Source: Eledone cirrhosa
Lineage: Eukaryota
Reading direction: 5' to 3'
Assembly (NCBI GenBank): GCA_964016885.1
Contig: OZ024740.1
Span: 206,212,001 to 206,276,000, forward strand
Length of the DNA stretch: 64,000 nucleotides
Under the pieces are notes generated by a model, which was given only the letters and a program-made list of their open reading frames with translations, was not told where the DNA came from and searched no databases. Both the position numbers and the translations under genes were made by a program. Below, in pieces: positions 11,982 through 23,526 of this stretch (position 1 is the first letter of the stretch; the number at the start of each line of letters is the position of its first letter).

Positions 11982-14900
11982 CTACTTCTGTTTCTTACCA
12001 GCAGATTTAGGAGTGCCAGATGCAGACTGAGCTGGTTTTGGAGACTGAGCCTGCTTTGTAGCTGGCTTAGGTGATTTAGCAGCTGGCTGTGTCTGCTTTG
12101 CAGGTTGTGCTGGTTTCGGTGATTTGGCAGCTGACTGGGCCTGTGCAGCAGGCTGTGCTGGTTTCGGTGACTTGGCAGCTGGTTGAGCCTGTTTCGGCGG
12201 CTGGGCCTGTTTGGGTGCCTTCTCAGATTTTGGAGTCTGGGCCTGTTTGGGAGCTTTCTCAGTTTTCGGAGTCTGAGCTTGTTTGGGTGCCTTCTCAGTT
12301 TTTGGAGCCTGAGCTTGTTTGGGCGCCTTCTCAGTTTTTGGAGTCTGAGCTTGTTTAGGCACCTTCTCAGTTTTAGGAGCCTGAGCTTGTTTAGGCGCTT
12401 TCTCAGATTTTGGAGCCTGCGCCTGTTTGGGAGTTTGACTCTGCTTAGGAGTCTGAGCCTGTTTGGGTGCCTTTTCCGTTTTAGTTGCCTGAGCCTGTTT
12501 TGGTGCTTTATCCGTTTTAGTAGCTTGAGCCTGCTTTGCAGGTTGAGCTTGCTTTGCAGGTTGAGCCTGCTTTTGTGGTTGACCTTGCTTTGCGGGCTGA
12601 GCCTGTTTCTGTGGTTGACTTTGCTTTGCAGGTTGAGCCTGCTTTTGTGGCTGGCCTTGCTTTGCAGGTTGAGCCTGCTTTTGTGGCTGGCCCTGTTTAG
12701 CAGGCTGAGCCTGTTTTTGTGCTTGACCTTGTTTAGCAGGTTGAGCCTGTTTTGCTGGTTGTTTAGCTGCCTGCTGTGTCTGCTTCGTAGCCTTAATTGG
12801 TTGTACCTGTGGGGTTCCCTTGGCAGGCTTAGAGGGCTGTGCCTGCTTAGCAGGTTTAGCTTGCTGTTGCTTAGCAGACTGAGTCTGTTTAGCTGGTTGA
12901 GCAGCCTTACCAGGTTGGGACACCTTTGCAGCCTTTCCAGGTTGAGACACTTTTGCAGCCTTTCCTTGTGGAGTTACTTTTGCAGCCTTTCCTTGTGGAG
13001 TTACTTTTGCAGCCTTTCCTTGTGGGGCTGCTTTTACAGTCTTTCCTTGTGGGGCTGCTTTTACAGTTTTTCCTTGTGGGGCTGCTTTTACAGTCTTTCC
13101 TTGTGGGGCTGCTTTTACAGTCTTTCCTTGTGGGGCTGCTTTTACAGTCTTTCCTTGTGGGGCTGCTTTGCCCTGTGGGGCTACTTTTGCTGCCTTGCCT
13201 GGTGGTGTAACTTTTGCTGCCTTGCCTAGTGGTGTAACTTTTGATGCCTTGCCTAGTGGTGTAACCTTTGCTGCCTTGCCTGGTTGAGCTGGCTTTGCAG
13301 CCTTAGTTGGCTGAGCTCCCTTTACCGGTTTTGTTGGCTTTGCAGCTTTGGCTGATGGCTGAGCTCCTTTGGCTGGCTGAGCGCCCTTTGGTGCTTTGGC
13401 AGCCTGCGTTGGCTTGGCTTTCTGAGCTTTAATAACCTTTTCAGTCTTACCAGCCTGTGTGGGTTTAGCTTTCTGAGCTGTGATCTTAGCTCCCACTTTA
13501 GCTGCCTTGCCAATAACCTTTGGTGGTTTCGTTGCTTTAGTTGGCTGAGCCACCTTAGCCTTGATTGGTTTAGCAGCACCCTTAGCAGTTACTTTTGGAG
13601 CTTCCTTGCCAGGCTTGGCTTTCTTAGCTGCCACTGCTGCAACTTCCTGGGTAGGCTTAGTTCTCTTAGTTGGCTGAGCTGGTTTTGCCATGCCCTTAGC
13701 AGCTTTAGTCAGCTTGGCTGCAGCCTTGACGGATGCTTTAACAGGCTTAGCTGCACCCTTAACAACCCCCTTAGCCCCTTTAACTGGCTTTCCTGCTCCT
13801 GCTCCCTTGCCTGGCTTTGCACCTTTGGCGCCCTTAGCTGGCTTGGAGACCTGTGGGGGCTTAGAAACCTTGGCGATCTTAGCAGGAGTATGAAGGACAG
13901 ATTTCTGACCAGCACCTTTTCCTGCATCCGCTGGGCTTGGCCGCTTCTTAGATTGAGGTTGTTGCTTCTTCTGAATACTAGCAACCGTAGCAGCCACTTT
14001 AGCAGCATCCTTAGCAAGCGATTCACTCCTACTTTTAGAAATTGATGATTGTTTACGTTCACGGCGCCTCTCCTTATGTTCTTTCATTCTTAAAGCAAGA
14101 AGTTTAGCATAATCTGCAGCTTCTTCACGCTTTCTGGCAAATCTCAATGCCTTCATACTTCGAAGATGTCTTCTCCTCTGCAACACCAATGGCGTCACCA
14201 ATCGTTGAATCTTCGGCGCCTTAGAGAGTGCGCTCTTACCTGATGGTAGATAGATTAAAAAAAAAAAAAAAAAAAAAAAAAGGAAAAGTTAGCACAAGCT
14301 CCAATTTATGAAAACAGGGTGAAAAAAAATTACATTGAAAGGCAGCTTACAACAATCCGAATGCAATAAGATATTTAACCCTTTAGTGTTCAAACCGCCT
14401 GAAAACACCCACACTAAAAAAATTGTTCTAAAAGTAAACAAACCATCATCAAAATCTCGTCAATTTGAGACTGCTGCGAGATTAGGCCCTTACCACAAAA
14501 ATTAACACTTAATATAGTGAAACAACTTAAAACAAGTGTTTTTTTAACTTTGAAAGTGAAACAAATTTTTTTTTGTATCAACATGGCTTATGAAAATAGC
14601 GATACTGACTTTGAAGGTTTTACACACGACGACATTCAGAATAAACAAGAAACAAACGATAATATTAGTGATTTATCTTCAAATGAATGTGATGTTTATA
14701 TTTCTGAAATTTCATCCGACGATGATTGTTTTGAAAGTGAAAACGAAGGAGGTCTCCAGGCCGCCATTGAAAAATACCACACTAATATATGTTCCCGATT
14801 TTATTCAAATTACTGGTCCACAACATAAATTAGCTCCCGATGCTAAAGCACTGGATATTTCTTTTGTTTTTACCACAAACTTTCTTCGAAGTTGTGGCAG

Positions 14901-17900
14901 AAGAGATTAATTAATATGCGCAACAGCAGATTTCAAATCAAGGAAAACCCGATCTGTTTGGCGAGCGACAGATGCTGCGGAAATGCAAGCATTTTTTACC
15001 ATAAATATTATGTTCGGTATAAAACAATTTCCAAGACTGTGGAATTACTGGAACACTGATATAAGGTTTAGTGATTCTTATATATCAAGTATTATGCCAA
15101 AAACAACGTATTTAAAATTAAACCAGTATTTGCACCTGGTTGATACTTCAAATGCCCCTATTAATGAATTTTATCTGCCCATAAAAGTCAAATTTGACCA
15201 AAAAAAAAAAAATCAGGTAAAATTATATAATTGTAAATTATTGATATTTAAACATCTGACAAAATTTCAAGCCTGCACATAGAAAATTACAAACAAATAA
15301 AATTGATAACTCTCTTGAGTATGATTAACACAAAATAATGCGAACAGATAAGCATGACGTTTGAAAATTAATTGTTTCTACTATTGGCACAAGGCTAGCA
15401 ATTACCCAGTACATTAAAATTAATGCAAATGCTAAAGGGTTAAGAAAATACTCACGTTTGCTGCCTTCCTTCAGAGGAACCGGTCTACGTACAACATATC
15501 TCCGTACATCATCTTCTTTGGAAAGATTGAACAATTTCCTAATTTTACCAGCTCTCTTGGGACCAAGACGACGTGGGATAGTAATATCAGTAAGACCAGG
15601 AATGTCCTGCTCACCTAAATAGTACAAAAAAAAAAAAAAAAAAAAAAAGTATTTTTTTTTCACAAATCCAATTACTTGTCCAGACAAGAAAAATAAACTG
15701 ACAGTACACATACCTTTCTTAATAATAATCAAGCTCAAAACACTCAAATTGGCATCAACAATACAGCCACGCACAGATTTCCTGCGCCTCTCACCCTCCC
15801 GACGTGGGCGATAACAGGAATGCCCCTTAGAAAGCAAAAGGCGGACACGTCCAGCTGTCAAGATACCTTGCTTCATGGGAAAGCCTTGTTTGTCGTTTCC
15901 ACCCGTAATTCGGAAAACATAACCCTGTATGCAAATAGACAAAAAATATATTTCAATGGTCATCCCATCAAAAATAAAAATTTCAAGAAAAATGGAATAA
16001 CTGGCTCAGTGGCTAATTAGTTTCATTGGCCACAGTAATTAGGCAGAAAACTCTCAATCTGATGTAGAACATATTCTAAAGTAAATATATTCCAAACATA
16101 ACAAGAAACTAAAGTAAATTGATTTTGGTAGCTACCTGAAAATTATGTACTAGAAAGCTCAAAATATATTTTCAAGGTATATATATATGAGGTCATATTG
16201 TAGGTTTGCTTCATTAATGAAAAGAGAGAAGAAAAAAATAGCATAGAATGACCAAAACTGCATGTAGCAAGCCTGTATAAAACAAGAATATACACTCCTT
16301 GTTTTTATAGAATTGCATAATTACTATACCCCATATTTCATTACAACAGTAATTAAGTTTACTGTAGTGGTAAGCATGATGGGGTTGCCCTATCAATCAA
16401 ATGTAAATGAAACTGTGCTAACCTTAGAGCGTCTGCACAAACATGCAGCCCTTTACAAGCTCACCTGTGGTCTGCACAAAGATTTTTTACAGCGCGTCTT
16501 ATCTTTGTAATATAAAATGAAAAAAAAAAAAATAGTTGTTGATGTGAGCAATTAGTTGTGTGTGGCCCTCAGTTTGACATGCCTGACCTAGAGTATACTG
16601 ATGAAATATCTTTGTCCTAGACTCAGATGCAGCTACCAAAAAGCTCGTAACTAATCAAAATCTGCTACAATTCCAGTCACATTACAAAAATGACCATAAG
16701 GCAATTTGAGATTCGCATTTGATGCAAAAAAGGAGGACCGAAGATTCCAATAGGTTTGATAATACAACTAGATAGCCAAGACCTCACGTTTCTGCCCATA
16801 ATTCTTTAGCAATAAGGGTATAAAATACTCAGAAAGGTAGATGCTGAACAGTGTGATGAACTAACAATTATACAGTACTCTCTTGGCTCTAAACCTGAAT
16901 ACTCCAAGCCTTGAGGATTACTGAAACAATATAACAGTATTACAATAAAATCTCTCTCCTCTCTCTCTATATATATGCACACAACTCTAAAGCAATGTAA
17001 ATACATTAAGGATGGCATAGGACATATGAATCGAAATTTACACTCATTTTCTGCAGGTTTAGCCAGTCTACTACAATGTTGCATCAGAAGTGTCTTGGAT
17101 GTTTCAATGATAGAGACACAATTAATATTGTAAAAAGCAACATAAAAGGAAGTATCCTGCTGAAGAATATGTATGAGTTGAACCCACATTATGAATGTGA
17201 GACCAACACCCTAACCACTAGGCAGTACACATTGACTACATAATAGCAACTTAATTCAATACCAGACTGGTCTTGGTTCTATTATACTAAGTCAGGGGTT
17301 GGCGGGCCACTTTTGAACATTGGAACAACTATTAGGGCCATTAATATTTATTAAGCACTATTCCAAAGATACACAACTTCTTGCCATAACATGGAACTGG
17401 GTAATTATAACACACATAACCCTATCAGTGAAGCCCTTTAGTCAACTAACAGAAAATTGTATTACGATTACAAAAAAATTCTAAATAAACCTACAAGGTA
17501 AAAATTAAAAACGGTCATCGCGGGCTACTGTGACCTGCAGCACGCTCCTGTACTAAGTTGTTTATATTTATCTAAAAACACTATCATAAATTTTATATAA
17601 GAACCTGTAAGATATTCAAAACTCTAGTCATATTACACCAACCCCCAATTTTAATTATTTAAAAAGTACAGGCAGTGTCTTTCATTTGAAATATGATCGA
17701 GTTAATCTCAAATTCTGTTTAGTCAATTTCTGCAGGGACAGCTAATCGACAAATCAATTTACAATGGAAAAGAAAATTTGTAAAAATCTTTTAAAACGGT
17801 GTCATAAGCCACTAGAAGTAGAATCTGCCAAATAAACTTATGTACAGACTTTTCAACTACAGTACACTGCAATTTCCATAGTACTATTAATATCTATGAC

Positions 17901-20900
17901 CAACTGACAGGAATATATTAATCTTCAATATGCACCTCTCGTGCATTACCTGAAAAGATTACTATCACCAGTTTCATGGGTATATCTACAGATGCAAAAA
18001 CTTTAGCAAGGCTATCATTTTTCAGTTATGGGATAGTCACGTATAAGTCACATCCCTTGTTTTACATGCAAAATTTACAGTATGCCATATATTTTTGAGT
18101 TGAGGATTTGCAGGTCCTCTAAGTCCCACACTGGTTTTTCTCATATTTACATGGAAGAATGACCAATCTATACACAATTATAGATGATATTCCATAGCAT
18201 ACCGGAAGCCTCCACTTTGGGAATTCTTCAAGCACAACACACCCAATGTTTTCCCATATTGGTAAAAGGTTTCACTAGATCTTATTGACAGAAAGGTTCA
18301 ATGTTATTTGAATATCAAAATGTTTCTGAGGCTGTGAATAGTTTTAGTAGGTAATTATGTTTAGGTGATACTAAGTGCATTTTCAAATACCATCCAAATA
18401 CTTTTGGTAGTATTAATCTAGTCATAACATACTTTAATGTGGTCAACTTAGATTGTGGCCAAACTAAGACACCACCTTTATTTTAGTTTATTCCTTAGAT
18501 ATTGTGTTGTAGAAAATACAATTATCTTCAGCAAAAAGTATCCCCCAACCCCACTGTCACCATTATTATTATTGGCATTCTCCATTTTAAATTCTTCTTT
18601 CACTTATCTTTACAAACCCCCTGCTTTGGCAATTCTTCAAGCACTTGTTCCCCATATATGTAAATATAAAGTTTTACTAGATGGCATGAAATAGTTATAA
18701 AAGAGATGAATCAACTAACCCAGCCTGTCAACTGAATGTATAATTGCAGTAAGATAATACAAAATCCAAACCATTCCAGACAACCATTTCAAGTGGTTTA
18801 CTCTGCTAAACATGCCTAACAATGAAACATCAGTATTGTAATATAACCCTTTGTACCTTAGACTATCAACCATCTGATTTGAGACGGTGAGATACAAGAA
18901 TCTAGTTATTCTTAACAGTTTGATTGACATGTAGGGACCTCTTCTGGTATACTAAACTGGTGTTTGATACAACTACCATCTAGAAGAGATATGGACAATG
19001 GCTAATGCAACCCCATGTAATTCTGAAGAGAACAAAACAGTCATGGTTGAAACTCCTTTGATCATATCAATGAGGACTGTGAGGACTAAACAACCATTAA
19101 ATTGTATCATGAGACATTCAATATAAAGTGATATTCATATTTAAATGTAAATACTGACAAGAGTTCATATCAAAATGGTTAGAACGTACCTGCATTAATC
19201 TAAACTAAGAATTTCATTAAACTTAATCAAAAATAAAACCGATATGTAACCCAATCTATTGATGATAGGGTTACATTAAACTAAACGTGTTAGGATTGTT
19301 ACTTTATTAGATTTTTAGTATCCATCCAATCTTCTGCTCCCAGTAATACGATAAAGCCGTTTATATTCATCCACCATATAAAAATATTTAAATTGTATAT
19401 CAAACACTATCTCAATAATATCAGTTATAAAACTAAATCTCTTCAAATTCATCATTATCAAACTAATAACTAATATGGAAAAAGGATTAACAGCAACATA
19501 ATATACCTGAAGCAAATAACTGATGCTCACTTCACATAAGTCTTAAAATGTTACCTGGGACAGGATTCACAAAAGTCAAACCTTTGTGAGTTTTTAACAG
19601 GTTAGTTTTTGTCCCCTAAATTATATTAGACTACAATAAAAAATGTCATTGTAGTTAAAAATTATTAGGGTTGGTAAATTTATACTTCTCATTTTTCCCA
19701 TTTGCACACTAGTTGTTTGTTTGTATTATGGATAACAGCCATTTCCAATGTCTTACTCTACTTCTTGATATACAGATGGTTGACACCCCCACCCCCCAGC
19801 TTGTTTTAGTCGTCTGTTCTATAAGCAGACTAGCCCCTACCCGAGCAACAAACAGATCGTTAGATCAGACCAAGGAAACAATATTTCCATTGGTTTGCTG
19901 ATACTAAACTGACAGCCATACATGCAATCAGAAGGAAAAACAAAGTATTTTGTTCAAGAACAAAACGTACTGCTTAGTCCAGGAATCTGACAACACTGGG
20001 TCTAATACTCTAGCCACTAGGCCGGCCACTTAAAGAAATTTGGATTTAAATGTGAAGGCACACATCACATTTTTTCTTAACCACAAATATCTCGAAATTA
20101 AACTAAGCCTATCAAAATTCAGTTAGTCACAGTATTAAATTCATGCACAATTAATGTTAGAAATCTAAATGTTTAAGAGTTCATCTATTACAGCTTGCAC
20201 ATCACACATGCAACAATGGTGTAACTACAGCACTTAATAGATGTTCTACCAGCTTAAGTAATGTTACCTGGAACAGGATTCACAAAAGTCAAACATTTGT
20301 GAGTTTTTAACAGGTTAGTTTTTGTCCCCTAAATTATATTGGACTACAATAAAAATGTCATTGTAGTTACAAATTATTAGGGTTGGTAAATTTATACCTC
20401 TCATTTTCCCATTGCACACTAGGTGTGTGTGTACCTATAATGGAGTTCTATAGTGGATAACAGCCAATTCAAATATCTTAGATATACAGATAGGTTTAAT
20501 GCTTACGCCCCCCCCCCCCCCCCAACCCGAGATGTTTTAACCGCCTGTCCTTTAAGCAGACTAATCCATACCTGAGCAATAAACAGTACTAGGATTACTC
20601 ATGATAATAGTGAAGACAACTTCCCAATATGGTGGTTAAAAGAAAAACAGATTTAATAACTATTCATATTTACACACATCAAAAGACCGATCAACAGATA
20701 GGACTATGAAAACAATCTTTCCACTGGTCTGCTAATACTAAGCTGAGTCTCACAGCGTGGTCGACGGAAAAACTTGAAATAAAGAGTATCAATCAGTCGA
20801 ATATTCAGAATATCTAAATTCTGAGATATATTTTCAACGATGCAATATTTAATGTACCAAAGTTTTGACTACACTCACAGGTATTTACCTTGAGTCGCAA

Positions 20901-22817
20901 CAAAACACAAAATAAGGTATTTTGCTCAAGAACAAGATGTGCCGCTCGGTCCAGGAATCGAACTAACAACACCGAGTCTAATACTCGGACTACTAGGCCA
21001 CTTAGAGGAATTTGGATTTAAAATGTATACTTATTACCAAATATCTCGAAATAAACCGAAGCCTATCAAAATTCAGTTACGGTCACAGTATTAAATTGGA
21101 AAGAGGCTATGTAGCCGGTCCCGGTAAAAGTGAGACACCATGAGTTACAGACTTTTACGGTCTGAGTTAAGACAATTTGAAATCCTTTCCACTATTAATT
21201 GTTAAAAACAAGTTAGAATCATTTAGTTGCCCATTCGTATCGTACGTTACGCTTTAGTTACATGCACATACATAAATAGAAATATAAAATAATTATTACA
21301 TACACACACATCTATGAATGATTGAGGACTATAGCGATGTGTTGCGTCCCTTAAGGGATCACCGGCTACATAGCCTATTCGATTAAATTCATGCACAATG
21401 TTTGGAGTTCATTTATTACAGCTTGCACATGACACATGCAACAATGGTGTAACAACAGCACTTAATAGATGTTCTACCAGCTTAAGTAATGTTACCTGGG
21501 ACAGGATTCACAAAAGTCAAACATTTGTGAGTTTTTAACAGGTTAGTTTTTGTCCCCTAAATTATATTGGACTACAATAAAAATGCCATTGTAGTTACAA
21601 ATTATTAGGGTTTATCTAAACAAAAATTAAAAGGATCACTTTCCTATTACACACATGCAATAAATCTAACATTTTCTAAACTAGATCAATCTTTCCTTCA
21701 CGGGATTATGTACTTTAAATATGTATAGCCCATGCTAGCAGGAAAATAAAAGCGGACACGTAAAGCCCGTGATTCTGATCCTTTTGAAAACAATTTTTGT
21801 TTCATGTCTTATGAAAATTAGGTTGGTGGAGACTGTCCACAAAATAGAGGTATGGGTTCCATGATCGTACCCCACCTCAATCACGTTTTGCTTTCCCTTA
21901 ATCGCAATAGGGTAATATATGTGTTTCTTTATTTATTTCAGGCATTGTGGAAATGTTACAGAAAATTATACATATGTATTAATACATTACCTTCCACTCA
22001 TCACCAAGACTTTCAGCAGTTATTTCCGCAGAGATACGTTTATCATAAAATGGACGTAATTTTCTTTCGGAATCGATTTCTATTAATTTTTGGCAGCCAG
22101 TGGCTGGATACGAGATATTCAGCTGTAAAAACAATGTATACATTGGAAATTAGAGATTGATTAAATCCCAATAAAGAATATAATTAAACATAAAATTACT
22201 TAAAACGTTGACTCATGTAATTATGAAAAGTGGACAAAAGACATTATCATCACAAGTGCGCGATGACATCGAACTCTCAAAGCAGAACAAGTCGTTGTGA
22301 TAATTTTAATATTGAATACATTTCTTAAAAGGTTTAGGTATGGTTTCTACAAATAAAAATGTGATGATTGGTTAAACTGGAATACAGTAAGTCTAGAAAT
22401 AAACAGCGTCAAACCATCGGTTATAAGTCGGCATTAAAAATAGCGATAATTTCTAAATATATACCATAATAATGTGGGCTAAAAATCATCTTGCAAAATA
22501 ATTTATTAAATACATTTTCATAAAACGTGAGAAAACTGCAACATTTTTTTTTTTTACAAAGAATAGATTTAGGTAGCTGGAGTCAGAAATTGTAAAATTA
22601 ATTTCGACCTCCATGTGTTGTTACATGGCTGTAGTATGTTTAACGTGGACTTCAACAACTTTATCTGTAGTCATCTGTATTATTTAAAGACATTTTACGA
22701 CAAATAGTTTTCTTTATCAAGTTAAATAAAACATCTAAAATACAAATATAATAATATTTTGGTAAAATTGAAATCATAAGATGATTAAAAATTAACATTT
22801 TATTTACATACCTTCAT
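11982..22817 (-). CDS. RPS6: 40S ribosomal protein S6 (eS6) with about 675-aa K/A/P/Q-rich C-terminal extension; 921 aa predicted
   Basis: Exons 22817-22812 (MK), 22122-21991 ([13 protein letters not shown]...GDEWK), 15924-15714 ([20 protein letters not shown]...), 15614-15456 (...[18 protein letters not shown]...), 14239-11982 ([11 protein letters not shown]...[12 protein letters not shown] then tail); all introns GT-AG and phase-compatible; 2766 nt. Confidence 0.95.
14379..15439 (+). mobile_element. Internally deleted piggyBac transposon in RPS6 intron 4
   Basis: TTAA flanks at 14375 and 15440, ccctttag/ctaaaggg TIRs, acidic N-terminus (DTDFEGF...SSDDD) and MQAFF...[14 protein letters not shown]...LNQYLHL transposase fragments. 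Confidence 0.85.
17293..17550. mobile_element. hAT-type MITE
   Basis: CAGG...CCTG termini with perfect 8-bp TSD TACTAAGT at 17285 and 17551. Confidence 0.75.
19546..19672 (-). ncRNA. Box H/ACA snoRNA candidate, copy 1 (RPS6 intron 2, sense)
   Basis: Hairpin (CCCUAA/UUAGGG, CUACAAU/AUUGUAG), H box ACAAAA, hairpin (ACCUG/CAGGU, UCACAAA/UUUGUGA), ACA plus 3 nt; about 127 nt. Confidence 0.8.
20259..20384 (-). ncRNA. Box H/ACA snoRNA candidate, copy 2
   Basis: Near-identical to copy 1; same boxes and stems. Confidence 0.8.
21098..21381. mobile_element. Merlin-like MITE, 284 bp
   Basis: TIR core aggctatgtagccggt/accggctacatagcct, 8-bp TSD ATTAAATT; empty site preserved in the paralogous unit near 20134. 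Confidence 0.7.
21487..21612 (-). ncRNA. Box H/ACA snoRNA candidate, copy 3
   Basis: Near-identical to copies 1 and 2. Confidence 0.8.
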
Positions 22818-22845
22818 AGCTGTTCCTTACAACGGAACTATCACG

Positions 22846-22857
22846 CGAGAAAGAGGC
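22846..22857 (-). promoter_or_regulatory. TCT initiator / 5' TOP tract of RPS6
   Basis: CCTCTTTCTC about 35 nt upstream of the ATG; typical ribosomal-protein gene start. Confidence 0.8.
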
Positions 22858-23526
22858 TCTCCACGCACACGTTGATCTGATTTATAATTCCGCACTGTCG
22901 TTACGTATTTAAAGTTTCACATTTTTTAGAATTATTTACAAAATTCATTATTATCTTAAGAAATTGATAATAAAATAATTTTAATAATTAAGCAATTAAT
23001 AATTCATAAATAAACAAGATGATAAAATACGAATATATCATGACAAACTTTGTAAAAAGTACGCAGAACAATTTCAAATTTCTCACTGGATTAATCGTAA
23101 GTAAATATTTTATTCCAGCAATAAATCGCTAAAAAAATCTTTTTTATAGTTTTATAAAATACTGAAATTTTCATTTGCATTACTTGCTGATGATTTGTTT
23201 TATTTTTCAACAGTTGTTATGTAAATAGTATAAACGAAAAATAGAAATGACGAAACCAAAATAAATAAACGGTTTTTGTTGTCATATGGAAATGTGATTA
23301 GAAGTGTAATCAATCGGATTTCTTTAGAAATTAAACATGTGAGATGTCAAGGATACACTTTTTTTCATTACATGAAACTATTACACAGAAAACAGAAGTT
23401 AGTGGTTGACAGTTTTGAATGGAAATATAACTATTATTAGCAGTATTGATGTTTTACTATTTACAAACTATATTTTTGGTTTTAAAGATTTAATAGCCAG
23501 TTTTGTTTATTTCTGTAGACTATGGA

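Noticed and set aside
12089-13893. Plus-strand ORFs (for example 348 aa at 12183-13229) over the RPS6 tail
   Set aside because: Antisense shadows of a repetitive, codon-biased coding region
15325-15963. 212-aa ORF as a single CDS
   Set aside because: Reads through the 99-nt RPS6 intron 3 and flanking intron sequence; the real exons are 15924-15714 and 15614-15456
17860-17965. Double hairpin in RPS6 intron 2 as another H/ACA snoRNA
   Set aside because: No ANANNA hinge or terminal ACA on the sense strand
21830-21915. Hairpin plus ACA or Sm-like AUUUUGUG in RPS6 intron 2
   Set aside because: First hairpin too short and no recognisable family; insufficient without a covariance search
22335-22390. 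U17/snR30-like GUAGAAACCAU motif in RPS6 intron 1
   Set aside because: Matching m1 motif and ACA box are absent
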